Source: Bdellovibrionia bacterium
GTDB lineage: Bacteria > Bdellovibrionota > Bdellovibrionia > Bdellovibrionales > JAGQZY01
Length of the DNA stretch: 64,000 nt
Direction: 5' to 3'
Assembly: GCA_030427805.1 (NCBI GenBank)
Contig: JAUICP010000003.1
Location: forward strand, 131,758-195,757
The notes beneath the pieces are model-generated. The model did not search any database and was not told where the DNA came from. It worked only from the letters and a program-made list of their open reading frames with translations. Within the stretch, counting starts at the first letter, position 1, and every line of letters begins with the position of its first letter. This document shows, piece after piece, positions 27,633 through 37,458 of the stretch. Both the position numbers and the translations under genes were made by a program.

Positions 27633-28505
27633 CTACAGAGCTTCAGTCGATACGAAAATGCCGTGACCACGAGGTCCATAGTGAACATGGGGCTCGATCA
27701 TGGCTCTTTGACTCTTTTCATCCTGCCCCCGTAAATTCACTTGCGTAAATACAAGAACGTCCTTCATTCCTCGGGCTTCTAAACGGTCGGGCAAGCCTCC
27801 ACCAAAAGCCGCGTGAAAATCACCGACGATAATCACGAGCACGTGATCAGGATTTTGCTTCATGTACTCGCTAGCAACATAGGCCATGGTATCGTCCCAA
27901 AGGCTTTGGGCGGCAAAATAGCGATCAATTGATTCTTTAGGAACATGCCCACCCATAAAGTTTGAAAACCGCTCATAGTAAGCCTTATTCCCAAGTTCAA
28001 ATTGAGGGGGTAAAAGTTTTTCTTGTTCGGGAGAAAGTCCGTCCATCCCCTTTTTAGAGATCGTACCACTCACCGATCGAGGTGCATTTAAAGCCAGCGT
28101 CTTGGCCTGGGTCCCTCGAGTCGAAAGAACCTGTTCTTTGTAATTGTCATAGGGAGTTTTACCCCACTTCACCTGCTTTAAAAAATCAGCTTCTTCGATA
28201 TCTCCGGCCAAATACTGATCCACCAATGTTTGCTGGGTAAAATTAAAAAATTCCATTCCCACGGCGACGGTATAGCCCTGGTCCTTTAACTTCTGAATGA
28301 TCAATCTCTGGTTTTGGTGGTGGGGTTTGTGACCGTGAAGCTCACTGACGATGACAACACTGCCGCGATCCACGGCCCCTAGGAGCTGATCCAAATCAGT
28401 TAATTGCGTATTCGAAGCATTGAGCCACGTACCGTGCGGAAAAATAGATGCCGAAGCACAATTGGTAAGTAGCACGAGAAGTAAAACATAAAAGCTGGTT
28501 TTCAT
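27633..28505 (-). CDS. ChaN-like (haem-binding uptake / Tiki superfamily) lipoprotein
   Basis: LLTNCASA lipobox from ATG 28505. VIVSELHGHKPHHQNQ, VAVGMEFF, VIIVGDFHA. Confidence 0.6.
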   Translation of the reverse strand: MKTSFYVLLLVLLTNCASASIFPHGTWLNASNTQLTDLDQLLGAVDRGSVVIVSELHGHKPHHQNQRLIIQKLKDQGYTVAVGMEFFNFTQQTLVDQYLAGDIEEADFLKQVKWGKTPYDNYKEQVLSTRGTQAKTLALNAPRSVSGTISKKGMDGLSPEQEKLLPPQFELGNKAYYERFSNFMGGHVPKESIDRYFAAQSLWDDTMAYVASEYMKQNPDHVLVIIVGDFHAAFGGGLPDRLEARGMKDVLVFTQVNLRGQDEKSQRAMIEPHVHYGPRGHGIFVSTEAL

Positions 28506-28565
28506 TGAATCCCCCATAACCGAGCCCATAAAGGCCCTCTGAGGCTAGCAAATTTAGGGATTCAA

Positions 28566-29369
28566 TCAAGGTCTTTTTGCCTTAGAATCCCCTTTGAGGA
28601 GCTCTAACCAGTGTTCCATCTCCTTGAGCGTCCATTCCGGCGCATCGAGGGTCAGATCATGGCCTGCCGTGGGGTGGCGGCGGATATCGTAGCCCCAAAA
28701 CTCGCCAATATTGAGACTACTTTTCGGATTCACCAATTGATCTCCCGCCGAATTGAGAATCAACAAAGGTTGAATGGGAGGCTTCGGATTGGGCCGGTAT
28801 CGACTGGCAGCGATCAGCTGACGAATAAAATTTTTCGGATTGAGGGGGCGCTTTTTAGCAATCTCAGCCCACTCGAGAGCGATCTCACCGTGGAGTTCGG
28901 CCGACTGGCTCGTTACGCCCAAAACAATTCGCTCTCTCTCAAAAAGGGAGTTCGCCTTACCCGCCTGAATAAAAGCCTTGATCGCCTTTGGCGTCAGCCG
29001 ATCCCAAATTCTTGAAACCCTTGAAAAGCTCGTATTAATCAGAACCGCTCCCTGAAAATCGCTGGAATAGCGATAGAGCCATTCGGTCGCAACCATCCCC
29101 CCGAGTGAAAGAGAAAAGAGGTAGTAGTCGTAAACATCTTTTGGATAGTCCGTTTGCAACTTTAAAAAATCCGGGCGCAAGAAATCAACGGTTTCACCAA
29201 TACTCAGTGGTGACTGATCTTGGTAATGAACACCCGCTCCCGGTAAATCCAGGCAAAGGCAACGGTCTTTTTTAAAATGAGCTTCGATTTTCTGATCAAA
29301 GCCCTGCCAGTGGGCTTTCTCTCGCCCTAACCCCCGCAAAAGAATCCACAATCTCTTTTTAGCGCGCAT
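28566..29369 (-). CDS. Alpha/beta hydrolase
   Basis: LLRGLGREKAHW, FSLSLGGMVA nucleophile elbow, AGHDL. Confidence 0.7.
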   Translation of the reverse strand: MRAKKRLWILLRGLGREKAHWQGFDQKIEAHFKKDRCLCLDLPGAGVHYQDQSPLSIGETVDFLRPDFLKLQTDYPKDVYDYYLFSLSLGGMVATEWLYRYSSDFQGAVLINTSFSRVSRIWDRLTPKAIKAFIQAGKANSLFERERIVLGVTSQSAELHGEIALEWAEIAKKRPLNPKNFIRQLIAASRYRPNPKPPIQPLLILNSAGDQLVNPKSSLNIGEFWGYDIRRHPTAGHDLTLDAPEWTLKEMEHWLELLKGDSKAKRP

Positions 29370-30399
29370 ACCAGTACTCCAAGGCTTCTTGCTCCAAAGC
29401 TTTCTTGTGTTCGAAGCTCATCTTCAACCATGACTCCGGCGAGTGAACGGCCCGGTGAACAAAATCAAAGAGCGTAATATGCCGCCTAAGAATCCTCTGT
29501 CTCCGATGGGGGAGAATCGGATTAAAGGGCCCAAGAACATTGAATATTTGTCTGGGATTCTTTTTAATCCACATCCAACTCCCCATTTCTAGGGTCAGCG
29601 GTAAGAAGTAATTCCCCACATCATTTTTCTTCTCAAAGTAACTGTCATAAATGTAATCCCAGAGATCACCATGGGTCGTATATTGTCGCGCTTGGGGCTC
29701 AATTCGATAGAAGTGATTGGCATAGCTGCGATCAAAAAGAGTTTTTAGGGAATACATTTCTGGGTATTCTGGAAATGGCTCTACGGTTTTTGCATAGGGA
29801 AACCAAAGTCGGTCAATCGCACCAAAGCCCGAGTGGACATCGATGGTTATGGATTGCTGAGACTGGGCATGAAACTTTTGAAAGGCATTGAGAAGGGCTT
29901 TTGACTCCAGCTCAATTTCATTTTTTAAGAAGCCACGAAACCAAGGAAGCTTCGGCGACAAACGATGGCCCCCCATCGGAAAAAGTGGAACCCCTTTTGC
30001 CAAAATAGGTGCGTTTCGCATAAGATCGACACCGTTACCATTGGCTCTTCTTTTAAGAAACGTTCCCACCGGGTTTAAGAGCGGAACAAAGACCATTCTC
30101 GTTTCTTTAAGGCGGTCGTGAAGTGTGTCGTCCCAGGTCAGAAGTTGGCTGATCGTTTCTAGGTAAGCGATAACGACCTTAGAACCGATGCGCTCCAAAC
30201 CGTGAACTCCCCCGTAATATCCAACGCTGGGGGCTTCGGGGTCTTGGGTCCCGAGTACGATTGCATGGATGGGAAATTCAAGATCCTTGTAGCGAATGGT
30301 TTCGAGAATCTCTACATGGGCCTGATCGCCGAGGCTATCAATGACCCGTTCAATATTGGCTAGTTCTGGAAGTTTTTTCTCGATTTCGATGGGAATCAA
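29359..30399 (-). CDS. M14-like zinc carboxypeptidase-fold protein (DUF2817-like)
   Basis: TTG start. YYGGVHGLERIG, VPLLNPVG, DLMRN and IDVHSGFG motifs. Confidence 0.5.
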   Translation of the reverse strand: MIPIEIEKKLPELANIERVIDSLGDQAHVEILETIRYKDLEFPIHAIVLGTQDPEAPSVGYYGGVHGLERIGSKVVIAYLETISQLLTWDDTLHDRLKETRMVFVPLLNPVGTFLKRRANGNGVDLMRNAPILAKGVPLFPMGGHRLSPKLPWFRGFLKNEIELESKALLNAFQKFHAQSQQSITIDVHSGFGAIDRLWFPYAKTVEPFPEYPEMYSLKTLFDRSYANHFYRIEPQARQYTTHGDLWDYIYDSYFEKKNDVGNYFLPLTLEMGSWMWIKKNPRQIFNVLGPFNPILPHRRQRILRRHITLFDFVHRAVHSPESWLKMSFEHKKALEQEALEYWYAR

Positions 30400-30492
30400 A
30401 GCGCACCTCTAATCCTTAGGATAAGAAAACTTGGGCCGTTTAGCAATTAAGGATTAGATCTAGCCTCTATTAAAGTTCTGATTAAGCTTTGA

Positions 30493-31362
30493 TTAAAGTC
30501 TCTGAAGACGCTTCTTGATTTGGCCATATTTTGAGACACGAAAGCTGGCCGGCTTGCGCGGAGTCTTTATCTTACTCGAAATCCCGCGAAGCTTGCTCAC
30601 CCGCTCACTCCCACTGGGGTGCTTAGACAAAAATCCACCATCACTGGGTAGTGCCTTTAGCTTTGCGAGAATTTTAAACATCTCCTTTGGTGCATAGCCC
30701 GCTTTATAGGCCACTTCGAAGCCGTAGCGATCGGCTGCGATTTCTTCGTCCTGGGAGAAACTACTATCAACAATGGCGCCCACACTCGAACCTAAGACTT
30801 CGGCAAGGGCCCCTAGATCGACATCGGTCTGCGCATAGGATTTTGCCACAAAAACACCGAGGTTTTTCATAGCATCACTGGTGGCTTTTCGTTCGATGGC
30901 AAGAAGACCGTGCTCCCACATTATGTGACCCATCTCGTGGGCTAAAACCAATGCCAGCTGATCTTCGTTGTCGAGCATCTCCATCATTCCTGTCGAAAGT
31001 AAAATAAAACCCCCAGGCGAACTCATGGCCATTGGAGTTTTATTTTTAAAAACGCCGAAGAAGTATCCTTTGTAAGGGCCCGACCCTTTTTCGGGTATAG
31101 GGTCAGTATGCAGGGATAGGTAGTAACCGACATTATTAATGTACTTATTAACTTCTTTGTCTTCGATCAGCTCATAACGTGAAAGAATATTGGCGCAGAA
31201 GGCTCGACCTAAATAGTACTGCTCTGATGGCCCCAGTTCTGACTTAGCTTTTTGCATATCCTCATCACCGGTGATAACTCCGACCGTGTGAACAACACTG
31301 GCACAAGACAAGAGAAAGACCATATTGATAAGAGTGATTACTAGGGCAAATATACGTAACAT
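30493..31362 (-). CDS. M48-family zinc metalloprotease lipoprotein
   Basis: FLLSCAS lipobox. HEMGH (HExxH) in VLAHEMGHIMWEH, and a downstream EIAADRYG. Confidence 0.85.
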   Translation of the reverse strand: MLRIFALVITLINMVFLLSCASVVHTVGVITGDEDMQKAKSELGPSEQYYLGRAFCANILSRYELIEDKEVNKYINNVGYYLSLHTDPIPEKGSGPYKGYFFGVFKNKTPMAMSSPGGFILLSTGMMEMLDNEDQLALVLAHEMGHIMWEHGLLAIERKATSDAMKNLGVFVAKSYAQTDVDLGALAEVLGSSVGAIVDSSFSQDEEIAADRYGFEVAYKAGYAPKEMFKILAKLKALPSDGGFLSKHPSGSERVSKLRGISSKIKTPRKPASFRVSKYGQIKKRLQRL

Positions 31363-31364
31363 GA

Positions 31365-31910
31365 CTAATTCCTCGCTTGTCGTCCACTCACTAAACTACT
31401 GCGCAACTTTCTTCGATTCGTAAATTGCACGAAATCTGGTTCGGTAAATTCAGAAAAACTCACAGAATTTCTCTCGACTTTTTCAAGACGTTTATAGCCC
31501 AGTTCAATTTTCGGGTTTTTCCCTCGGTACTCAGATTCAATATCTGGATTAAAACCCTTACCCGCCGTAGCAGCGTCTTTATCACCGTAAGAAGAAGAGA
31601 TTGATTCTCCTTTACCGATTTCGGCAACCCGTTGCGGACGTTTTTCGATACTCGTTTTTCGCAACCACCCTTTTTGCCAGCGGGTTTTCACATAGGCCGA
31701 AACAAAGTACCAAGATTTTCGCGACTTAAGTATTTTTACCCGATCATTGTATTTCAGGTTACTGACTGTCTTAGAAAAGATTCGAGGCTTTTGATAGAGC
31801 TTTGCTTTTTCACTGGCGATAACCGCCGTGTTCTCCTCTTGGGCTTCTACATATTCAAGGGGCAAAAAAGCGAAAATAATCAGAATAAGAACGAATTTAT
31901 TTCGAATCAT
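31365..31910 (-). CDS. Secreted hypothetical protein with a possible SH3b-like domain
   Basis: Signal peptide. AKLYQKPRIFSKTVSNLKYNDRVKILKSRKSWYFVSA is reminiscent of bacterial SH3 domains. Confidence 0.45.
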   Translation of the reverse strand: MIRNKFVLILIIFAFLPLEYVEAQEENTAVIASEKAKLYQKPRIFSKTVSNLKYNDRVKILKSRKSWYFVSAYVKTRWQKGWLRKTSIEKRPQRVAEIGKGESISSSYGDKDAATAGKGFNPDIESEYRGKNPKIELGYKRLEKVERNSVSFSEFTEPDFVQFTNRRKLRSSLVSGRQARN

Positions 31911-33882
31911 GAGACCACACTCCCTTGTTAAATTGTGCCGGTTTATCCCCAGTCAGGGCAAGCTCACAACGGGAAATGATGACACGCGACGGACCGAAGC
32001 GATCCAAGCTGCGAAGGGCCTCTATAGCCTCGCTCCACTCTTCTTTGCAATAGTGCGAAAAACCCTGTGAAAATGACTGAACCTCTTCAGGACTTAAATC
32101 TAGCTTTTCAGTGTAAATCTTCGTGGGTTCGTTCTTACCCTTCACCATGACTTCGTCGATAAATATAAGATCCGGATGCTCACTCAGCCCCATGGCTTTG
32201 AGAACTTCTTCACTCACAAGGGTGAGAACATCGTATTTCTTACCCATGGATTCGAGGCGAGCCGCTAAGTTCACAGAGTCTCCAATGGCCGTGTAGTTAT
32301 AGCGGTTTTGTGAGCCAATATTACCGACAATGGCTTCTCCCGTGTGTAAGCCCACTCGCGCAATAAACTTCGGGCAGTCTTCACCGAGCCGCTTACGGGC
32401 TTTTTCGTTAAATCGACCAACGGCCTTTTCAAAATCCAGAAGAGTTTGCAAGCCCAGCTTTGCGTGATCGTTCTGCCCTTCGATGGGAGCCCCCCACAAG
32501 GCCATCACTGCATCTCCAATAAATTTATCGACATAGCCATTGTGTTTAAATATCACGTCGACGACTTCATCTAAGTATTCATTGAGAAGTTCTACCAATT
32601 CTTGTGGAGGCATGCTTTCGGCAATGGTTGTAAAGCCCGATAGGTCTGAAAAGCAAATTGTAATGTCTCGTCTTTCACCAAAACGTGTGACCTGCATTTC
32701 TCCCGATTGAACCAACTCTAACATTTCTTGGGACATGGAGTTGGCAAGAAGCTTTGCGTACTTGCCGCGCTCTTTAAACTCCCGTTGGTAGCGAATACTA
32801 AAAAAAGCTCCCAAAAAAGCCGAGACCTGAATCCCCATGGCAAAGGGGTTGAACCAAACTTTTTGCGTCCAAAGAATGATACAGAGAACCAGGGGAACGC
32901 CCAGAGAAAAAGACAGAGTCAATCCCAAAGAGGATACCGGGGTTTGTACATAGGCTAAGACAATAAGGCCGATCAGCAAAAGAGAGACAAATAGTATTAA
33001 CTCTTTATTGGGATTAATCACTTGGAGGTAATCTTTATTGAGCAAGTTGGCCGCGCCGTGAACATGGAGGTCAACACCACTGGCTTTGCGGCTAAAGGGC
33101 ATGGGCTTAATATCGTAAAGGGCTGCCGCCGTATAGCCGACAAACCACAATTTATTTTCGAGTTCTTTTATCTCGGGTGGAAGTGTGCCGTCTTCTTGAT
33201 ACTGATAATAGGCCCGCATTAAATTGTAATAAGGAACACGAGTCAGATCCTGAGGCCGATAAAAGTGAACTGGAATGGCCGATGCCTCTTCTGGAAATTC
33301 AACATCGGGGAAAGCGGCTTGAATGGAAGCATAACCAAGGCTATTAAACTCTTCATCGCCTTCTTTTAACTTTTGCGGGAGAACTCGATACACTCCATCC
33401 ACTTCAGGTGGAGGTGTCACAGCTCCGTATTTTAAGCCGTCGAAGTTTTCAACTAGCGTCTCACTGGGAGGTAAAATTCGACCCATGGGAGCAGGAAAAA
33501 TCACGGGTATATCAATCTTGCGTAGTGCCTCATTAAAAATCTGATCGTCCTCGAGACCGTAGGTGGATGGTCGATCAAAAAGAATATCAAAAGAAATCGC
33601 TTTGGCCTTTAGAAGCTGACTGACTTCAAAAAGCCCCGCGTAGACTTCCCGTGGCCACGGAAAGCCGATTCCAGAGTCTTCATAGATTTGTTCGAGGGTT
33701 CCGTCATCAATTTCGATGAGTGCTACGCCCTCGGGCTTTTCCGCCGGTAAATTTCTTTGTAAAAAATCGTAGACCCACCAACCTGGCCGCTCAAAAAGAA
33801 TACTGACGGGGTGATAGGCAAAGGTATAAAGGCCACCGGCAAGTAAAAATAACAATACGAGAAAAACGGTTTTTGATTTCAA
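31897..33882 (-). CDS. CHASE2-sensor class III adenylate/guanylate cyclase
   Basis: N-terminal TM plus a ~300-aa periplasmic region and three TM helices (CHASE2 layout). Cyclase core ITICFSDLSGFTTIAE, KFIGDAVMALWGAP, GLHTGEAIVGNIGS, YTAIGDSVNLAARLE. Confidence 0.85.
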   Translation of the reverse strand: MKSKTVFLVLLFLLAGGLYTFAYHPVSILFERPGWWVYDFLQRNLPAEKPEGVALIEIDDGTLEQIYEDSGIGFPWPREVYAGLFEVSQLLKAKAISFDILFDRPSTYGLEDDQIFNEALRKIDIPVIFPAPMGRILPPSETLVENFDGLKYGAVTPPPEVDGVYRVLPQKLKEGDEEFNSLGYASIQAAFPDVEFPEEASAIPVHFYRPQDLTRVPYYNLMRAYYQYQEDGTLPPEIKELENKLWFVGYTAAALYDIKPMPFSRKASGVDLHVHGAANLLNKDYLQVINPNKELILFVSLLLIGLIVLAYVQTPVSSLGLTLSFSLGVPLVLCIILWTQKVWFNPFAMGIQVSAFLGAFFSIRYQREFKERGKYAKLLANSMSQEMLELVQSGEMQVTRFGERRDITICFSDLSGFTTIAESMPPQELVELLNEYLDEVVDVIFKHNGYVDKFIGDAVMALWGAPIEGQNDHAKLGLQTLLDFEKAVGRFNEKARKRLGEDCPKFIARVGLHTGEAIVGNIGSQNRYNYTAIGDSVNLAARLESMGKKYDVLTLVSEEVLKAMGLSEHPDLIFIDEVMVKGKNEPTKIYTEKLDLSPEEVQSFSQGFSHYCKEEWSEAIEALRSLDRFGPSRVIISRCELALTGDKPAQFNKGVWSHDSK

Positions 33883-33928
33883 TGAAGGCCCCTATAGTAG
33901 TATAAATAAATCCGAACAAATTTGTACT

Positions 33929-34663
33929 ATGAAAAAAAACTCCAAGGGACCGGCCCAAAGTCCCACAAGCCACAACGAGACTATTAAAACCATCTACGAA
34001 GATGAGTTCCTTATTATCGTGGACAAACCCAGTGGTTTACCCAGTCAACAAACTCTCGACCCCAAACGCCCTCACCTGTACAAACTACTCGGTGAACAGC
34101 TTAAATCGAAAGGTCACGACTATCTAGCGCTTCACCATCGACTCGATGTAGGTACGAGTGGCCTCATTCTACTCAGTAAATCCAAGAACCATAACAAGGT
34201 CATTGCCGAACTTTTTACGGAACGAAAAATTCAGAAGACCTACGTTTTTATAGGAAGATTTCAATCTAAGAAAGCCATGAGCGAAACACTTTTATGTTCC
34301 GAAGAGCAATGGAAGGTCGACAATCACCTCAAAAAACTTTCTAAACCAAAGTCCCACATGCAAATTGTTCGATCCGGTGGTGACCGTGCCATTACTGAGT
34401 TTACAAAGCTCAACGAGCAAGATGGATTTTTACAGGTGTTGGCAAAACCGCTGACGGGTCGAATGCACCAAATACGAGTTCATGCCCTGGCCTCCGGATG
34501 CCCAATCCTTGGTGATCGATTGTACAATAAAGCAAAACCCCATTTCGATAGACTCCTTCTTCATGCCGAAAGTTTAAAATTCAAACACCCCGTTTCTAAG
34601 AAAGAAATGGAGGTCACCTCCGAGCGACCTTGGGATTTTAAAGAAGTTTTAGCAAATCTCTAG
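33929..34663 (+). CDS. RluA-family pseudouridine synthase
   Basis: IIVDKPSGLPSQ, catalytic HRLDVGTSGLILLSK, GRMHQIRVH. Confidence 0.85.
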   Translation: MKKNSKGPAQSPTSHNETIKTIYEDEFLIIVDKPSGLPSQQTLDPKRPHLYKLLGEQLKSKGHDYLALHHRLDVGTSGLILLSKSKNHNKVIAELFTERKIQKTYVFIGRFQSKKAMSETLLCSEEQWKVDNHLKKLSKPKSHMQIVRSGGDRAITEFTKLNEQDGFLQVLAKPLTGRMHQIRVHALASGCPILGDRLYNKAKPHFDRLLLHAESLKFKHPVSKKEMEVTSERPWDFKEVLANL

Positions 34664-34670
34664 ATACTAG

Positions 34671-35495
34671 TCACTTTTGGCAGTGAGAACAGTAAAAGCT
34701 GCTGCGACCACCGATGGTTTTTAGGCGAATGGGCTTTCTGCACTGAATACAAGGTTCGTCTTTTCGCCCGTAAACCTTAAATGAATTTTGAAAGTACCCT
34801 TGGGATCCTCCCGCTTGTTTGAAGTCAGAGATTGTGGAGCCTCCGGCTTCGATCGCTTCGCTAAGAACTTCACGAATCTTTTCTAGTAGAAGCGTCCACT
34901 TAGGAAGCGAGATTTGAGAAACATTCTTGCTCGGGCGAATGCCCGCTCGAAATAGGGCCTCGCTCGCATAGATATTCCCAACTCCCGTGAGAATTTTCTG
35001 GTCCATAATAAAATTTTTGACGACGACAATGCGCTTTTTGGCCTTCATTCGCAAGGATTCCGCCGTAAGTGCCTCGATATTGAAAGGATCTGGACCCATG
35101 TTTTTAATAAGCTTGTGATCAAGTTCTTCACCGAGAGGACAAAGATCGAGAACTCCGAAACGCCTGGGGTCGTTGTAAACAAGCTTGATCTTCTTTGAAA
35201 ACTCTAAGAGCACGTGATCGTGCCTTTTCAGATCTTTCGAGGCTTTAAACTCGCGCCAGGTTCCGGTCATACCCAGGTGATTGATCAAACAGTGCTTTTC
35301 GGTTTTAAAAAGAAGATACTTGCCGATGCGATCTATGGAGCGAAGCTTTTCTCCAGATACGGCCTGAAGTTTTTTAACGGGCATGGGAAAACGTAGTTCT
35401 TTGCGCTTTAACTCTATCTTCTGAATCTTAATTGGTGGCTCAAGTATTCGTTCCAATCCTCTTCGGACCGTCTCCACCTCGGGTAATTCTGGCAT
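34671..35495 (-). CDS. mutM: Formamidopyrimidine-DNA glycosylase
   Basis: MPELPEVETVRRGL N-terminus. H2TH region. C-terminal zinc finger CIQCRKPI...FYCSHCQ. Confidence 0.95.
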   Translation of the reverse strand: MPELPEVETVRRGLERILEPPIKIQKIELKRKELRFPMPVKKLQAVSGEKLRSIDRIGKYLLFKTEKHCLINHLGMTGTWREFKASKDLKRHDHVLLEFSKKIKLVYNDPRRFGVLDLCPLGEELDHKLIKNMGPDPFNIEALTAESLRMKAKKRIVVVKNFIMDQKILTGVGNIYASEALFRAGIRPSKNVSQISLPKWTLLLEKIREVLSEAIEAGGSTISDFKQAGGSQGYFQNSFKVYGRKDEPCIQCRKPIRLKTIGGRSSFYCSHCQK

Positions 35496-35761
35496 ATCGC
35501 GAGTATACTCATAATTCCTTAATAATTAGAACCCTTAGTCTCTGCAAAACGCAAATTTGCGGCCCACAGTGAAAATTAGTCATAAACTGTGAAACAATAA
35601 TATTAAGCTACCAAAGCTTAGAAGCCCGCAAAAAGCCCCTTTCCCCCTTCTACAGGGGTACTAAGGATTTCGGAAAGAATAATTCAAAGAAATTATATGT
35701 TACGCAAATCCTGGTATAAGTTTCGCTACTCTAGATTTTCGGTGAGTCAAAGTAAGAAGGA

Positions 35762-37447
35762 ATGAACATGAAAACGTCAGTTTTAACGAAGGTCTTTGCC
35801 CTGGTATTTGGCTTTCTCCTTTTGCATCCACTCGCCCATGGCCAAACGAGCTGCCCTACTGAACGCTTGAGAAAGTCCCAATTCACGCCCGAGGGAATTG
35901 AGCGTTGGATTCAGGACAATAAAGATGTGATTCATTCGCCAAAAGACTTTATCTGCTGCTTGCCCCGAGAATCCCAAGATAAATATGTCATCGCCCATAG
36001 TAGCTTAGCCGCCCAGTCAGGAGATGCCAATAATCCCCGCCTCATCTACTTCGAGAAAGCCCATCACGGGATTGAGTCCCCAAGCTTTGAGCTACAATAT
36101 GCCTTTTCAGTGAATTCTGGAGCGGAACATCTTAGTAACGGCGATAGCGTCGAATTTGTTTTTGCCGATCAAAATTCTGGAGAGCTCGCCTATTTTGACC
36201 TCAATATCTCTGAAGAGTTCAAAGGTTTTGAGGGGGGTAAAAACCCAGACACCTGCATGGCGTGCCACGGGACTAATAGTCGCTATGGCGCCAAACCCAT
36301 TTTCACTGAAAGACCTTGGCATAACTTTGTCGGTGGAACTCTTTTTGACCCTAAGTTTTTGCCAAACGGAGTTCGCTGTGAAGTGATGCCTCTGCCACTG
36401 GTGAAGGCTATTGATCTTCATGCCATCGACAAACTCCTCGTAGAAATGAAGAATCCGGATAGCAACTACAACTGTGTGAATCAAAGCACGCTACAAGACG
36501 CGCGGGTTAAAATTGAAACTGAGCAAGATAGTCTTCTCGATATTCGATTTAAAATTGTGGGACTCGACGAATCACTCAGAGTGAGTCACCGCCATCGAAT
36601 TTGGAGGGACTTAAGAAATAGCGAACAGTGGGATCAGTTCAAATATCTCCTCGTCGGACAACAGGTTTGCGATCCCATTCGCCTCATCGAATGGATTCCT
36701 CGAAGTCAGCTAAAAGCCTTTCTCGAGAGAATGGATTTCTACGACGGCAGCTACGCAGAACTATTAAAGTACTTCGGAAACTCAAATCAACTGATCGAAG
36801 AGCTTGATCACTTTACCAACCAAGCCATGCTCGAGGAACAGGAAGATTATCGAAAGCGCATGTCAGATTATAGCGAAGTTCTTGAGTCCGAAGAACGATT
36901 TCAAGAGTTTTTGGCCTACTCCAACGGAGAAATCTATTTCGGAAACAACCCCAACGCCTGTAGTGCCCATGAGCACCCGAGTATTAAGGTTCAAAAACTG
37001 AATGAGCACTATAGTGCTCGTCAATACCTACAGCGATTGATTGCCCACGACAACCTCCTGGCCCAAGAAGCCCAAAACGAGGGCAATGATCCCATCCTGC
37101 GCCTTATTTTTGAAGGAATTCTCGGAAACACGTCTCACGATATGAATATGAGTCTTTATCCTGGCGTGAGTAGCAATAGTCTTAATGGTAAGTACTTTCC
37201 TGTTTTATGGAATGAGCCCGCTAGTTCTAAACTCTTTGATGTCTTTGAAGAAGTTCCCTTGAGATGGGGCGGTTTTTCTAATGATATGGTCACTCAGATG
37301 GGTGAATTGAGAAAGTCAGGAATTCCATTTAGCGAAGAACGACTGACTTGGGGAACCCATAACAAAAATCCAAAGCTCTTTAAATCGAAGTTTCAGCAAA
37401 ACGTAACTTGTCAGAAGCTAAAAAACCTCTCACGAAGAGCTTTTTAA
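35762..37447 (+). CDS. Secreted CxxCH-motif protein (putative c-type haem protein), paralog 1
   Basis: Signal peptide. Single CMACH at nt 36254-36268, followed by FTERPW. Shares this core with the next gene. Confidence 0.5.
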   Translation: MNMKTSVLTKVFALVFGFLLLHPLAHGQTSCPTERLRKSQFTPEGIERWIQDNKDVIHSPKDFICCLPRESQDKYVIAHSSLAAQSGDANNPRLIYFEKAHHGIESPSFELQYAFSVNSGAEHLSNGDSVEFVFADQNSGELAYFDLNISEEFKGFEGGKNPDTCMACHGTNSRYGAKPIFTERPWHNFVGGTLFDPKFLPNGVRCEVMPLPLVKAIDLHAIDKLLVEMKNPDSNYNCVNQSTLQDARVKIETEQDSLLDIRFKIVGLDESLRVSHRHRIWRDLRNSEQWDQFKYLLVGQQVCDPIRLIEWIPRSQLKAFLERMDFYDGSYAELLKYFGNSNQLIEELDHFTNQAMLEEQEDYRKRMSDYSEVLESEERFQEFLAYSNGEIYFGNNPNACSAHEHPSIKVQKLNEHYSARQYLQRLIAHDNLLAQEAQNEGNDPILRLIFEGILGNTSHDMNMSLYPGVSSNSLNGKYFPVLWNEPASSKLFDVFEEVPLRWGGFSNDMVTQMGELRKSGIPFSEERLTWGTHNKNPKLFKSKFQQNVTCQKLKNLSRRAF

Positions 37448-37458
37448 GGACATCGATT

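Noticed and set aside
30410-30458. 10-bp inverted repeat CTAATCCTTA/TAAGGATTAG between the M48 and M14-like genes as an attenuator or terminator.
   Set aside because: It has a 29-nt spacer, an AT-rich stem and no U-tract. It is possible but unsupported.
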